Made by a program: the position numbers and the translations under genes
Shown: positions 19,497-29,340 of the stretch, in pieces
How the letters are laid out: each line of letters starts with the position of its first letter
Position numbering within the stretch: position 1 is the first letter of the stretch
The notes under the pieces: model-generated
Database searches by the model: none
What the model was told of the DNA's origin: nothing
The model's input: the letters and a program-made list of their open reading frames with translations, nothing else
Virus record (IMG/VR): IMGVR_UViG_3300042898_002514
Length of the DNA stretch: 64,000 bases
Source of the DNA: a virus
Direction: 5' to 3' (one strand)

Positions 19497-21830
19497 ATGA
19501 CAATAACGGTGATTAAACGCAATGGGCAAAGAGAACAGTTGACACTGGAAAAATGGCAGACACAGATTGCAAAAGTATGTAGAGGAATAGCCGATGTCAG
19601 TCAGAGCATGATTGAAATCAAAGCCCAGCCACATTTTTACGATGGAATCACCACACAAGAAATAGATGGCATCACGCTGAGAGCTATTGTGGATTTGATT
19701 GATGTAGAATCAAATCCAGATGTTGGACATGTTAACTATCAATATGTAGCAGGCAAGCAACGTTTAAGTATGTTGCGTAAGGATGTTTATGGCTCCTACG
19801 AGCCTCCCCACCTCTACGAGATTGTAAAAACCAATGTGGCCACTGGTTTGTACACAGCTGAATTATTGACTTGGTACAACGAAGAAGATTGGAACAAGAT
19901 GAATGACATGCTGGATCATTCTAAAGATGAAGAATATGGGTATGCTGCCATCGAGCAGTTGATTGAAAAATATTTGGTCAAGAATCGTGCCACAAAGGAA
20001 ACTTATGAAACTCCACAAATTAGATACATGGTCGCGGCCGCTACTGTATTTCACCGAGAAGAACAGAATGCATCGAGAATGCGCTACATCAAAGAATATT
20101 ACACAGCAGCTAGTGACGGCTTGTTTACTCTTGCTACTCCTGTGCTCGCTGGTCTTGGGACTCCTACTAAACAGTTTAGTAGTTGCGTACTTATCAGGAG
20201 TGACGATGATCTGGACAGTATATTTGCTTCAGGTGAAATGATGGCCAAGTATGCCAGCAAGCGAGCAGGCATTGGTTTGGAGATAGGACGATTGCGTCCA
20301 CTAGGCAGTCCCATCCGTGGTGGTGAGATTATGCACACAGGTATGATACCTTTCCTGAAAAAATGGTTCGGCGACCTAAGAAGTTGCAGTCAAGGAGGTA
20401 TTCGTAATGCAAGTGCTACTGTTTTTTATCCTATTTGGCATCATCAGTTTGATGATCTTATTGTGCTTAAAAACAACCAAGGAACAGAAGAAACCCGAGT
20501 CCGTCATATGGATTATGGGGTTGTGCTTAGTGCTTTCTTCTGGAGACGATTTAAAAACAAAGAACAAATAACGTTCTTTGATCCCAACCAAGTACCAGAC
20601 TTATACGAAGCGTTTTATCAAAACACAGAACGCTTCGAAGAGCTCTACGTAAAGTACGAAAAACGCAAAGACCTGCGTACCAAGACCATGAGTGCCGAAG
20701 AAGTTTTCAAGAGTGGTATACTGAAAGAACGCACAGACACAGGTCGAATATATCTTGTATTCATTGATAATGTAATGAATCAAGGACCATTTGATCCTGA
20801 GTATCATACGATTTATCAAAGTAACTTGTGTTGTGAGATCCTATTACCCACCCGTTCATTTAAGAGATTAGACGACGAGGATGGCCGCATAGCGTTATGT
20901 ACACTGGGATCTATCAACTGGGGAGCGTTCCGGAACCCGGAGGATATGCGTAGAGCCTGCAGGATTCTACAGCGTAGCCTGTGTAACATTCTTGACTATC
21001 AAGACTTCTTATCAATACAAAGTAAATTAAGTAATGATGAGATACAGCCCCTAGGCATTGGCATTACTAATCTAGCCTATTGGCACGCCAAGCGTTCATT
21101 GAAGTACGGGGAACAGGATGCATTGGCAGAAGTCAAAACCTGGATGGAGCATCAGGCCTACTATCTCACAGAAGCCACAGTTGAACTGGCCAAGGAACGT
21201 GGACCTTGTTTAGAGAGTGCCAAAACACGTTACGGACAAGGTGTGTTTCCCTGGGAACTGCGGGCTAAGGGAGTCAACGAACTAGCAGACTTTACGCCTG
21301 AACTTGATTGGGAAGCACTACGTACGAATATGAAAGAACACGGTGTTCGTAATGCCACCTTGATGGCGGTAGCACCTGTTGAATCAAGCTCAGTGGTAAT
21401 TGATTCAACTAACGGCATTGAAATGCCAATGAGCTTGATCAGCACTAAAGAATCAAAGGCAGGATCGTTTACGCAGGTTGTTCCAGAATATAATAGATTA
21501 AAAAACAAATATCAATTGATGTGGGAACAAAAAGACTGCGATGGTTATTTGAAAACAGCGGCTGTTATTGCTGCTTATGTTGATCAATCAATTTCAACTA
21601 ACACATTCTATAATCCTGCACATTTTCCAGAACGCAAAGTTCCAACAACCCTGATTGCTAAGAATTTGATGCAGGCACATATGTGGGGATTAAAAACATT
21701 CTACTATAGCTTGATTAACAAAGCAGGAAGCAAAATGCAAGAAGAACAATTAGTGGTGCAAGTAAACGGACACACAAATTCTGTAAATGGATATGAAATA
21801 GAAGAGGACTGCGAGGCCTGTAAATTATGA
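19497..21830 (+). CDS. nrdA: Ribonucleotide reductase class Ia alpha subunit
   Basis: ATP cone (VIKRNG), QFSSCVL, SNLCCEI, DQSISTN, KTFYY, C-terminal CEACKL; start revised. Confidence 0.97.
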   Translation: MTITVIKRNGQREQLTLEKWQTQIAKVCRGIADVSQSMIEIKAQPHFYDGITTQEIDGITLRAIVDLIDVESNPDVGHVNYQYVAGKQRLSMLRKDVYGSYEPPHLYEIVKTNVATGLYTAELLTWYNEEDWNKMNDMLDHSKDEEYGYAAIEQLIEKYLVKNRATKETYETPQIRYMVAAATVFHREEQNASRMRYIKEYYTAASDGLFTLATPVLAGLGTPTKQFSSCVLIRSDDDLDSIFASGEMMAKYASKRAGIGLEIGRLRPLGSPIRGGEIMHTGMIPFLKKWFGDLRSCSQGGIRNASATVFYPIWHHQFDDLIVLKNNQGTEETRVRHMDYGVVLSAFFWRRFKNKEQITFFDPNQVPDLYEAFYQNTERFEELYVKYEKRKDLRTKTMSAEEVFKSGILKERTDTGRIYLVFIDNVMNQGPFDPEYHTIYQSNLCCEILLPTRSFKRLDDEDGRIALCTLGSINWGAFRNPEDMRRACRILQRSLCNILDYQDFLSIQSKLSNDEIQPLGIGITNLAYWHAKRSLKYGEQDALAEVKTWMEHQAYYLTEATVELAKERGPCLESAKTRYGQGVFPWELRAKGVNELADFTPELDWEALRTNMKEHGVRNATLMAVAPVESSSVVIDSTNGIEMPMSLISTKESKAGSFTQVVPEYNRLKNKYQLMWEQKDCDGYLKTAAVIAAYVDQSISTNTFYNPAHFPERKVPTTLIAKNLMQAHMWGLKTFYYSLINKAGSKMQEEQLVVQVNGHTNSVNGYEIEEDCEACKL

Positions 21831-22015
21831 CAACACAAAATATTGGACAACAAATAGAAAACATTAAAGCAGCGTTGGAAACAATAAATTCTTTAATGGC
21901 TGAACTTCATCCCAACAATGTTGAGATAAGAATCGTATACAAAGAACCCGATAATGGAGAACCTCCAAGACTAGATCTCTGGAGGGCTGTAGCACACGTG
22001 GATTACTTAAAATGA
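21827..22015 (+). CDS. Small hypothetical protein between nrdA and nrdB
   Basis: ATGA/ATGA-type overlaps with both neighbours. Confidence 0.65.
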   Translation: MTTQNIGQQIENIKAALETINSLMAELHPNNVEIRIVYKEPDNGEPPRLDLWRAVAHVDYLK

Positions 22016-23112
22016 GTAAACAACAATACAACCTAAACACAAAGACAGACTACCTTAATCGCAAGATGTTTTTGGATCCAGCTGGGCCTGTGACCATACA
22101 GAGATTTGAAGAAGTCAAATACAAAAAAATTGCCGACTTTGAAGCAACAGCACGTGGCTTCTTTTGGCAACCAGAAGAGATCAGTCTTACCAAAGATTCA
22201 AACGACTTCAAAGACGCCAGCGATGCTGTCAAGCATATCTTTACCAGCAACTTGTTACGCCAAACAGCCTTAGACAGTTTACAAGGACGTGGCCCAAGTC
22301 AAATCTTTATGCCTGTAATATCTTTGCCAGAACTAGAAGCACTAGTATACAACTGGACATTTTTTGAAACCAACATACATAGCAAGAGTTATAGCCACAT
22401 CATTCGCAACATCTACAATGTACCCAAAGATGTGTTTAACACCATACATGACACTAAAGAAATTGTAGACATGGCATCAAGTGTGGGCAACTACTATGAA
22501 GCACTTCACGTTATCAATTGTCGTAAACAGCTAGGCGAGACAGTTACAGAGAAAGAACACATCCGAGCAATATGGATGGCCTTACACGCAAGTTATGCTC
22601 TTGAGGCATTCCGTTTTATGGTTAGTTTTGCTACTAGTTTAGCAATGGTAGAGAATAAAATCTTTATGGGCAATGGTAATATTATTCAATTAATTCTACA
22701 AGACGAGTTGTTACACAAGGGATGGACTGCCTATTTGATCAACCAAGTGGTCAAAGAGGACACACGGTTTGTTGAAGCCAAACAAGAATGCGAAGCAGAA
22801 GTGTATCAACTGTACATGGATGTGATACGTGAAGAAAAAGATTGGGCCACATACCTGTTTAAGATGGGACCAGTTATTGGACTCAACGCTAATATCCTAC
22901 GTGATTTTGTGGACTACACAGCAGTAGATGCACTAAAACAAATTGGTATCAAGTACCAGGCGACAGCGCCTAAGTCAACTCCGATCCCTTGGTTTAACAA
23001 GCACACTGATACTAGCAAGAAACAAACAGCACTACAAGAAAGTGAAAGCACAAATTATGTCATTGGCATAATGGGAGAAAGCCTAGATTACGATGAGCTA
23101 CCGGCCATCTAG
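22012..23112 (+). CDS. nrdB: Ribonucleotide reductase class Ia beta subunit
   Basis: FWQPEEI, DSLQGR, ETNIHSKSY, LEAFRF, QDELLH. Confidence 0.97.
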   Translation: MSKQQYNLNTKTDYLNRKMFLDPAGPVTIQRFEEVKYKKIADFEATARGFFWQPEEISLTKDSNDFKDASDAVKHIFTSNLLRQTALDSLQGRGPSQIFMPVISLPELEALVYNWTFFETNIHSKSYSHIIRNIYNVPKDVFNTIHDTKEIVDMASSVGNYYEALHVINCRKQLGETVTEKEHIRAIWMALHASYALEAFRFMVSFATSLAMVENKIFMGNGNIIQLILQDELLHKGWTAYLINQVVKEDTRFVEAKQECEAEVYQLYMDVIREEKDWATYLFKMGPVIGLNANILRDFVDYTAVDALKQIGIKYQATAPKSTPIPWFNKHTDTSKKQTALQESESTNYVIGIMGESLDYDELPAI

Positions 23113-23120
23113 GAATATAT

Positions 23121-23288
23121 ATGTACAAGGTACAATTTAAAAGTAAAAGTCCTTTTGAATCTTGGAATTCTATAGGCGGTGCTGGCACCGAATCTCAGGC
23201 CATTTCTATGGCCCTGGCCAAAAAAGCTAAAGGTGCTATACTGGTTAGAGTCCTTGATAAAAAAGGCAGAGTTATATATTCAAGTTAA
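23121..23288 (+). CDS. Small hypothetical protein (55 aa)
   Basis: AGGA SD; MYKVQFKSKSPFESWNSIGGAGTESQAISMALAKKAKGAILVRVLDKKGRVIYSS. Confidence 0.65.
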   Translation: MYKVQFKSKSPFESWNSIGGAGTESQAISMALAKKAKGAILVRVLDKKGRVIYSS

Positions 23289-23290
23289 TT

Positions 23291-23743
23291 ATGAAAACAC
23301 TAAGAGAATACATTAACCTCATTGAAGGTAAAATTGACGATAGCTGGTTTAAAGATGGGGCATTTAAAACTTTTAAGAAGCCAATTCCAGTGCCGTATAC
23401 CATTGCCGACAGTGATGGAGTTACACAAACATTGGAAGGTCCAGTAGAGCATAAGGCAGGACATTATATCATGGGTCCGGGTCCTAAGAAAGAATTTTGG
23501 CCTTTGGATCCTGAAAATTTTCATGACAAATACGACGACAATCATGACGGTACAGGAACCCCTAAGGGTGGTGTAATCAAAATAGCTAAGTTGGCTGATC
23601 ACGATGGCGTTATTAAAGCCACGTGGGGCAACTTGGAATATACCGCAGGCAATGATGTTATTGTGCGTCACGGCGAAGGAGACTATGGTGCTGTGAAAAA
23701 AGACATCTTCCAACAGACATATGACACAAAGGAAATAAAATGA
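23291..23743 (+). CDS. PGDYG-like protein with MKTLREYINLIE leader
   Basis: QTLEG, EGDYGAVKKDIFQQTY, internal duplication. Confidence 0.65.
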   Translation: MKTLREYINLIEGKIDDSWFKDGAFKTFKKPIPVPYTIADSDGVTQTLEGPVEHKAGHYIMGPGPKKEFWPLDPENFHDKYDDNHDGTGTPKGGVIKIAKLADHDGVIKATWGNLEYTAGNDVIVRHGEGDYGAVKKDIFQQTYDTKEIK

Positions 23744-23967
23744 AAGCAACAGTATGGTCAAAGTACCATTGCCCCTATTGTGACCAGGCCAAGGCCTTGT
23801 TAAAACAACGAGGTATTCCGTTCGAAGAAAAGAAAATTGGAGACGGATATACTCGAGAAGAACTATTGGAAGCTGTTCCAACAGCACGAACAGTTCCGCA
23901 GATTTTTATCGGCGAAGAACTGATTGGTGGATTTACAGAACTTAAAGCACATTTAGAAAAGGTATAA
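23740..23967 (+). CDS. Glutaredoxin
   Basis: CPYC, TVPQIF, IGGF. Confidence 0.95.
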   Translation: MKATVWSKYHCPYCDQAKALLKQRGIPFEEKKIGDGYTREELLEAVPTARTVPQIFIGEELIGGFTELKAHLEKV

Positions 23968-23968
23968 A

Positions 23969-24259
23969 ATGTTAATTAATAAAGGCGTATCAGCAGGCGA
24001 AGTAATCACTCTTAAACTCACAAGTGGTGAAGAAATTGTTGCCAAGTTAGTAGAAGACGGTGCAGTTTATTATAAACTAAAAAATCCGCAAGTAATTGGT
24101 ATGGGGCCAAAAGGTCCAGGTTTAATGCCTTACCTGTTTACAGTCAATCCGGATACTGAAGTTAAACTACAAAAATCAACTGTTACTGTAGCCGAAGCAA
24201 CAGATTCACAGTTTGCCAAACAATTTCTTGAATCAACTACTGGCATTGCGTTGGCCTAA
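23969..24259 (+). CDS. Conserved T4-like phage small beta-barrel protein
   Basis: LKLTSGEEIVAKL motif, TTGI C-terminus. Confidence 0.7.
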   Translation: MLINKGVSAGEVITLKLTSGEEIVAKLVEDGAVYYKLKNPQVIGMGPKGPGLMPYLFTVNPDTEVKLQKSTVTVAEATDSQFAKQFLESTTGIALA

Positions 24260-24263
24260 TAGT

Positions 24264-24527
24264 ATGCCAGGCGTAGCAAGAGTCAATGTAGACAACTGTG
24301 GGGGGCTAGTTATTGAAGCACTGGTTCCTTCGGTAATAGTCAATAATGCTCCTATATCCGTAACTGCTGCATCAGTAGAAGGTCATGGCAGTGGTGAACA
24401 TGGTGGTCCTAAAACACAGGCTGCAAGTGGGAATGTGTTTGCTGGGAACAAACCAGTTAACCGTCAGGGAGATGCCTGCACCTGTGGCGACCCATTGACT
24501 GGGTCGTCAAATGTCTTTGCTAATTAA
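24264..24527 (+). CDS. PAAR-domain spike tip protein
   Basis: MPGVARV, VFAGNKPVNRQGDACTCG, GSSNVFAN. Confidence 0.9.
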   Translation: MPGVARVNVDNCGGLVIEALVPSVIVNNAPISVTAASVEGHGSGEHGGPKTQAASGNVFAGNKPVNRQGDACTCGDPLTGSSNVFAN

Positions 24528-24532
24528 ATAAT

Positions 24533-24952
24533 ATGATTAAATTAAAAAAAGCGTTCTTTTTTGTTCTAGGCTGTCTTTGCCTAGTAATGGCATACATTGG
24601 AGTTATAACTCCGGGTATTCCTTATAGTCCCTTTGTGGTTGCAAGTGCTTTTTGTTTTGCAAGAAGTTCAGAACGTATGCATAACTGGATTATGAATCAC
24701 AAGCTGTTTGGACCTTTCCTACGCAATTGGTCAGAGAAACGTGTATTTCCACAAAAGATGAAATATCTTATGATTGGCATGATGTCGTTGAGTTTGATCT
24801 TAATGAGTATTGGGACAGTGCCATTGCGTGGTGTTATCTATACAGGTATCTTTATGGCTCTCGTAGCTGTATGGGCCTGGAGATATCCCAGTACCCCAGA
24901 AGAATATGATCGAAGAAAAGAAACAGGAGAAAAAATAGCATGGCTAAAATAA
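24533..24952 (+). CDS. ybaN: YbaN/DUF454 inner membrane protein
   Basis: GVITPGIPYSPF..CFARSSERMHNWIMNHKLFGPFL. Confidence 0.85.
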   Translation: MIKLKKAFFFVLGCLCLVMAYIGVITPGIPYSPFVVASAFCFARSSERMHNWIMNHKLFGPFLRNWSEKRVFPQKMKYLMIGMMSLSLILMSIGTVPLRGVIYTGIFMALVAVWAWRYPSTPEEYDRRKETGEKIAWLK

Positions 24953-25191
24953 CTCTTGATGAACTTGTGGATATTGCTTTTGCACACGAAGAAGGCGACC
25001 CGTTTGACTGGGGAGTATTTTCCAAAGGCCAAGAGCAGACCATGCGAATGATAGGCTCTAGTATTCTAGAACAGTTTGACAAAGAAACAATTACAGATGC
25101 GGATAGATTAATCATGCTGGCCACTATCACTAAACTGGTCACTGAGAATATGATCTTACACACTAGATTGATGAAACAAAATGAAATGTGA
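24940..25191 (+). CDS. Hypothetical protein
   Basis: AGGAG SD, coupled. Confidence 0.7.
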   Translation: MAKITLDELVDIAFAHEEGDPFDWGVFSKGQEQTMRMIGSSILEQFDKETITDADRLIMLATITKLVTENMILHTRLMKQNEM

Positions 25192-25489
25192 ACAAGGCGA
25201 TCTTGCCAAAATTATCATGAGCATACGGCCTACCAACATAGGCAAAACTGTGTTGGTGGATGAGTATGTGGGACATTTTACGCAAGGTGAGGAATTTCAG
25301 TTTAAGGGAATTGCCTGCAAGGCTGCTATTACAGATCACTTTTGGTGGATAGCCACAGAATTTGGATTGAGTAATATGTACGGAGATACTCCAAAGGCCT
25401 ACATTCCAGATTCCTGGTTAGAACCTATTCGTCCTATGAAAGAAGTCCAAAAGCAACAAGAAGACATTGACTTAACTGTTAAAATGTAG
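25181..25489 (+). CDS. Hypothetical protein
   Basis: MKCEQGDLA...PDSWLEPIRP phage family pattern. Confidence 0.7.
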   Translation: MKCEQGDLAKIIMSIRPTNIGKTVLVDEYVGHFTQGEEFQFKGIACKAAITDHFWWIATEFGLSNMYGDTPKAYIPDSWLEPIRPMKEVQKQQEDIDLTVKM

Positions 25490-25497
25490 TTAAATAT

Positions 25498-25848
25498 AAG
25501 TTATTGCTGTATGAAGCGATGAGAAATAAGTTCAAGACGCGGGGGCAGTGCCCGCCAGGTCCACCAAAAGGATATTTATGAAGTACACCGCATTGTGCCC
25601 AAGTTGTTTTAATAGATTTAGTTGGGCACCAGGTAAAGGTTTAACAAGACATAAGTGTTTTTCTGATGGGCCTGACACAGGATCGATTGGGCAAAGAGTA
25701 ACAGAGTGGACAGCTCGGCAATGTAGAAGCCGTTAGGATTGGGGTCTCCCGGTCGAAGACACAAAAAAGTAACCGCAAACGACTCAAAGTTCGCATTAGC
25801 TGCCTAAACTCAGCTTAGGGTAAGACATACCTCGTAACAGAAACTCGG
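25498..25848 (+). ncRNA. ssrA: Two-piece (circularly permuted) tmRNA; outer ends approximate
   Basis: Acceptor piece ends GCGGG-GGCAGTG-CCCGC-CAGGTCC-ACCA (25566); coding piece starts GGGCCTG (25668, G3.U70); tag ANDSKFALAA* at 25775-25807. Confidence 0.92.
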
Positions 25849-25875
25849 AACCCGCTTCGGCGGGTTTTCTTTTTG
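25849..25875 (+). terminator. Intrinsic terminator, copy 1
   Basis: AACCCGC-TTCG-GCGGGTTTT. Confidence 0.9.
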
Positions 25876-25883
25876 TTTTGTAC

Positions 25884-25912
25884 TTGACATTTGGCACTAT
25901 TGACGGTATAAT
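25884..25912 (+). promoter_or_regulatory. Sigma70-type promoter
   Basis: TTGACA-N17-TATAAT. Confidence 0.85.
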
Positions 25913-25955
25913 AAACACATACGCTAAACAAGCGGCCACATCTAGAAAGACTAAA

Positions 25956-26669
25956 ATGATTTCCGATAACATCAAAAACTTAACTACTGAAGAATACAGA
26001 TTGTTGCAGTCAACACAAGACCGAACACGGTGGACTGAGTTTTATGGATTACCTGACGCAATGTATTATCCTGTACAAGCTCCCATTTCATCTAAACGTA
26101 AAGGTGATATATGGGAAGATAAAATACGTGCATCATCTGGGCTATTAGAAAAGCAAGACGAAACCCATGATGCCACTTTAGACTCTGCTGTTGTTAAATT
26201 GCAAAATTTACGGGGAGCCCGTGTGGAAATCAAATATACTGTAATAGCCAAAGGTGACTCTACAAAAGCAATTGAAAAAAGAGGATATGCTCTAGAAGCA
26301 GGCGCACGTACTAAGAAACTTGTAAAGAATCCGCTTGCTACTAAAGGTTATAATTATATCGGTGGCGGCACTTTTCAACAGATACATCCAGACAAAGCTG
26401 ACTACGGATTGTTTTCTGCGGTGTTCGGCAACGGTGCTGTGCATTACTGGGTTCCTTATCACCTAATCTCAACCACCGCGGGTGCTGATAATTTCACTAA
26501 AGGTATGATACCGTTACAATCACAACACCGAGGACACACTACAGAAGGACAAATTAGTAGACCGGAAAAATTCCATGATTTGTTCTTATTAGACATCACA
26601 TGGGAAACTCCATTCCTTACAGATTTATCTAAATACGATTTATCTAAATACGAAAACTTGGTGTACTAA
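25956..26669 (+). CDS. Putative PD-(D/E)xK restriction endonuclease
   Basis: KGDIWE...HDATLD...VEIK, FQQIHP; adjacent to a methyltransferase; start revised to MISDNIK. Confidence 0.6.
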   Translation: MISDNIKNLTTEEYRLLQSTQDRTRWTEFYGLPDAMYYPVQAPISSKRKGDIWEDKIRASSGLLEKQDETHDATLDSAVVKLQNLRGARVEIKYTVIAKGDSTKAIEKRGYALEAGARTKKLVKNPLATKGYNYIGGGTFQQIHPDKADYGLFSAVFGNGAVHYWVPYHLISTTAGADNFTKGMIPLQSQHRGHTTEGQISRPEKFHDLFLLDITWETPFLTDLSKYDLSKYENLVY

Positions 26670-26676
26670 ATATAAA

Positions 26677-28260
26677 ATGCTAGAAGAAAAAAATATACAA
26701 TCAAAAAAATATCAGTTAGGACAATTTTTTACACCCGTGGATCTTGTTAAAGAAATTCTGGGTAATATAAAAGTTGACTCTGATATTGTAATTGAACCTA
26801 GTTTCGGGGGCTGCGGGTTCATTGAACCTATGATCGAAATGTATCCTGACAAAAAAATTGTGGGAGTTGAGCTTGATCAAGAATGGTACGACAAGGGAGT
26901 TGACCGATTTCCTAATTTGGATCTGTACCATTCTAATTTTTATGACATTGATAAAGAATTAGTTTTTGAAAATAAGAGTGTATCTTTTATTGGCAATGTT
27001 CCTTTTAGAAGCCCTGCATACAGTTTAACTACACATAAAAAATATGTAAAAGCACTAGCACACAAGTATGAAGTTACTGGTATTAGAGAAGAAGCTGTTT
27101 TCTTTATTATAAAAACGGCAGACATTATGATTACCAATAACTATACTGGCGGGATCCATTATGTTATTCCAAAAAGTCTAGTTACTAACGATTCTAAATT
27201 TTATCTACAATTTAAAAACTTCTTAAAAAAGTATTTTAAAATTGTAGCAGTGTTCGACGTAGATCCATCCAAGTTTGATAATGTAGCACAAGGACTGATT
27301 GTACTTAGTATGCAGATTGGTGGCGACACTACTAACTACAATACTCTACATAATGGAGTAGAAGAGCCAGTGGATGAAGTATTACAACTATTATCACCAG
27401 ATATCCCATTTCAGCAAATTTTTAAAAAAACTTACTTAGGGTCAGTTCCTGCAGAAAGTTTTCTAATTAGTTCGCCTGGTGAATCTCAAACAGAATTTAA
27501 GAATAGATTGGTTAGGATTTTTAGTAATCCCGTTACTGCGGCGTCATTGGCTACAGATTTAACGCACAATAAAAAATTCCATTTGAAAATTCTTAGCAGT
27601 AAAGACCCTGTTAAAGTACAGTCTAAATTAGAACAAATTGCAGATTATATAAACGAAGTTAAAACAGTAGTCAAAGATTTATCAATTTTTGCAGATGACA
27701 AAAATTATAAACCAATTCAGCAACGTAAAGTAACACGATTCTATTTTAGAAATATAGCATTAAAAAAATGTAGTTTTGTATACGAACTAAATCCAAATCC
27801 GCAACCTAGTTTTTACTTTACATCTAATCCGTCTAGCGGAAGTACTGATTACTTTGGGTATTGTGAATATGACATTACTAGAAATAGTAGTCCGGGGTGC
27901 TGTAGGACTGTTCCTTTAAAAAATATGGCTGACAACCTAACAGACAAATTTAAGGTATATTGGAATACCGCAACTGAGAACGAAGAGGGCATTTCCCTTC
28001 CGTACGAATTTGTGTTTAGTTATATAAAGTATGTTTCTGCTCAACCCTGGTACAAGCAACAAAAGCAAATAAGAAAACGTTTTTACTTCTGTCTACCAAA
28101 ACAGTTTATGAAAGAGTGGATTAGCTCATTAGATGCTGAAGCAGAAACAATAACTATGGCAGGATTCCTAGCTCTACATATAGAAGAGCCAGAGGTTATC
28201 GACGATATCACAGATCAAGAAGCAGAAGATAGATTTAACAATTTATTCATTGTCGAGTAA
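26677..28260 (+). CDS. Amino (N6A/N4C) DNA methyltransferase-like protein
   Basis: LGQFFTP, IEPSFGGCGF (motif I), GVELD, GNVPF (motif IV variant). Confidence 0.8.
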   Translation: MLEEKNIQSKKYQLGQFFTPVDLVKEILGNIKVDSDIVIEPSFGGCGFIEPMIEMYPDKKIVGVELDQEWYDKGVDRFPNLDLYHSNFYDIDKELVFENKSVSFIGNVPFRSPAYSLTTHKKYVKALAHKYEVTGIREEAVFFIIKTADIMITNNYTGGIHYVIPKSLVTNDSKFYLQFKNFLKKYFKIVAVFDVDPSKFDNVAQGLIVLSMQIGGDTTNYNTLHNGVEEPVDEVLQLLSPDIPFQQIFKKTYLGSVPAESFLISSPGESQTEFKNRLVRIFSNPVTAASLATDLTHNKKFHLKILSSKDPVKVQSKLEQIADYINEVKTVVKDLSIFADDKNYKPIQQRKVTRFYFRNIALKKCSFVYELNPNPQPSFYFTSNPSSGSTDYFGYCEYDITRNSSPGCCRTVPLKNMADNLTDKFKVYWNTATENEEGISLPYEFVFSYIKYVSAQPWYKQQKQIRKRFYFCLPKQFMKEWISSLDAEAETITMAGFLALHIEEPEVIDDITDQEAEDRFNNLFIVE

Positions 28261-28273
28261 ATTAAATACAATC

Positions 28274-28299
28274 AAAAAACCCGCTTCGGCGGGTTTTTT
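28274..28299 (+). terminator. Intrinsic terminator, copy 2
   Basis: AAAAAACCCGC-TTCG-GCGGGTTTTTT. Confidence 0.9.
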
Positions 28300-28426
28300 G
28301 GTAAAGTTAATCAATTATCACATCGAAGTTGTGCGTGTACGCACAAGTTTTGTTTGATATTTTGCGTATAATGGTAGTATAAACCACTAATTAAGTTTAT
28401 GACTCATATTATTAAAAAGGAAAATT

Positions 28427-29323
28427 ATGACAACAACAATCACGATCAAAGACAAACCAATTAACGCAACTTATCAAAATGTCACAGGCCTAACAGGCGG
28501 AACCGGAACCGGTGCTGCGTTTGATGTTACTAAAACAGACGGAGTATACTCTGTTGTTCTAGACAGTCTAGCAGCCAGTGCAGGTACAGGTTACCTTGCC
28601 GGCGACACAATCACCCTTGCTGGTACAGCATTAGGCGGCGCAGTGGCTAACAACTTGATCGTCACAGTGGCCACAGTTGGCACCGCAGGTAAGATTGCCA
28701 CCTTTGGTGTAGTGGGTACAGGTCGCGCAGGTGATGGCACAGTGGATATCACAGTTGACGTTACTGGTACTACCGGAGTTGACACTTATGCAATGGGTGG
28801 CAAGAGCACAGAGTTCACAGTTACTAAAACTGCTGACAATGTAAAGTTAGCCAGCACATTGGTCAGCAACATGGAATTCAATCTTGCCAACCACGAGCGT
28901 GTGGTGTTCACGGACAAGGCTGTTGCCTATGATGCCGCAGGTCGTGCAGGTGATGTTTACGCATTGTTAGCTGCCGCACTTGGTACAGCTGATGTTACCA
29001 AAGCCTATACAGGTGTTGGCATTCGACTTGCTGATTCAGGTTGGACCAACAAGGAATTAGCCACAGCATTGTTAGCCACAGATGTTTACAAAACAGATGC
29101 AGGTGGTGTTAGCAATGAAACATTTATCAAGCACGTTTACAAAAATGTCTACGGCACTGATGCTACATTGACACAGGTTACAGACTACACAGCATGGATG
29201 ACCAACAACAAGTTGAGTCAGGCTGACGTCTTAGTTGCTGCCAGCGAGTTGGCAGCTTTTGAAACTACTATTGGGTTAGTTGGTCTAGCAACTACAGGTA
29301 TTGAGTATACTCCGGTAGTGTAA
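28427..29323 (+). CDS. Thr/Gly/Ala-rich surface protein with DUF4214 (S-layer-associated)-like C-terminus
   Basis: LANHERVVFTDKAVAYD, SNETFIKHVYKNVYG, VGLATTGIEY. Confidence 0.7.
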   Translation: MTTTITIKDKPINATYQNVTGLTGGTGTGAAFDVTKTDGVYSVVLDSLAASAGTGYLAGDTITLAGTALGGAVANNLIVTVATVGTAGKIATFGVVGTGRAGDGTVDITVDVTGTTGVDTYAMGGKSTEFTVTKTADNVKLASTLVSNMEFNLANHERVVFTDKAVAYDAAGRAGDVYALLAAALGTADVTKAYTGVGIRLADSGWTNKELATALLATDVYKTDAGGVSNETFIKHVYKNVYGTDATLTQVTDYTAWMTNNKLSQADVLVAASELAAFETTIGLVGLATTGIEYTPVV

Positions 29324-29340
29324 ACACTTTACAATTTACC

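Noticed and set aside
19497-23112. Introns or inteins in nrdA/nrdB
   Set aside because: Both are uninterrupted and of normal length; the 62-aa ORF between them has no homing nuclease motif
26622-26651. 15-nt tandem duplication GATTTATCTAAATAC
   Set aside because: In-frame two-copy duplication (DLSKY x2) with no evidence of function
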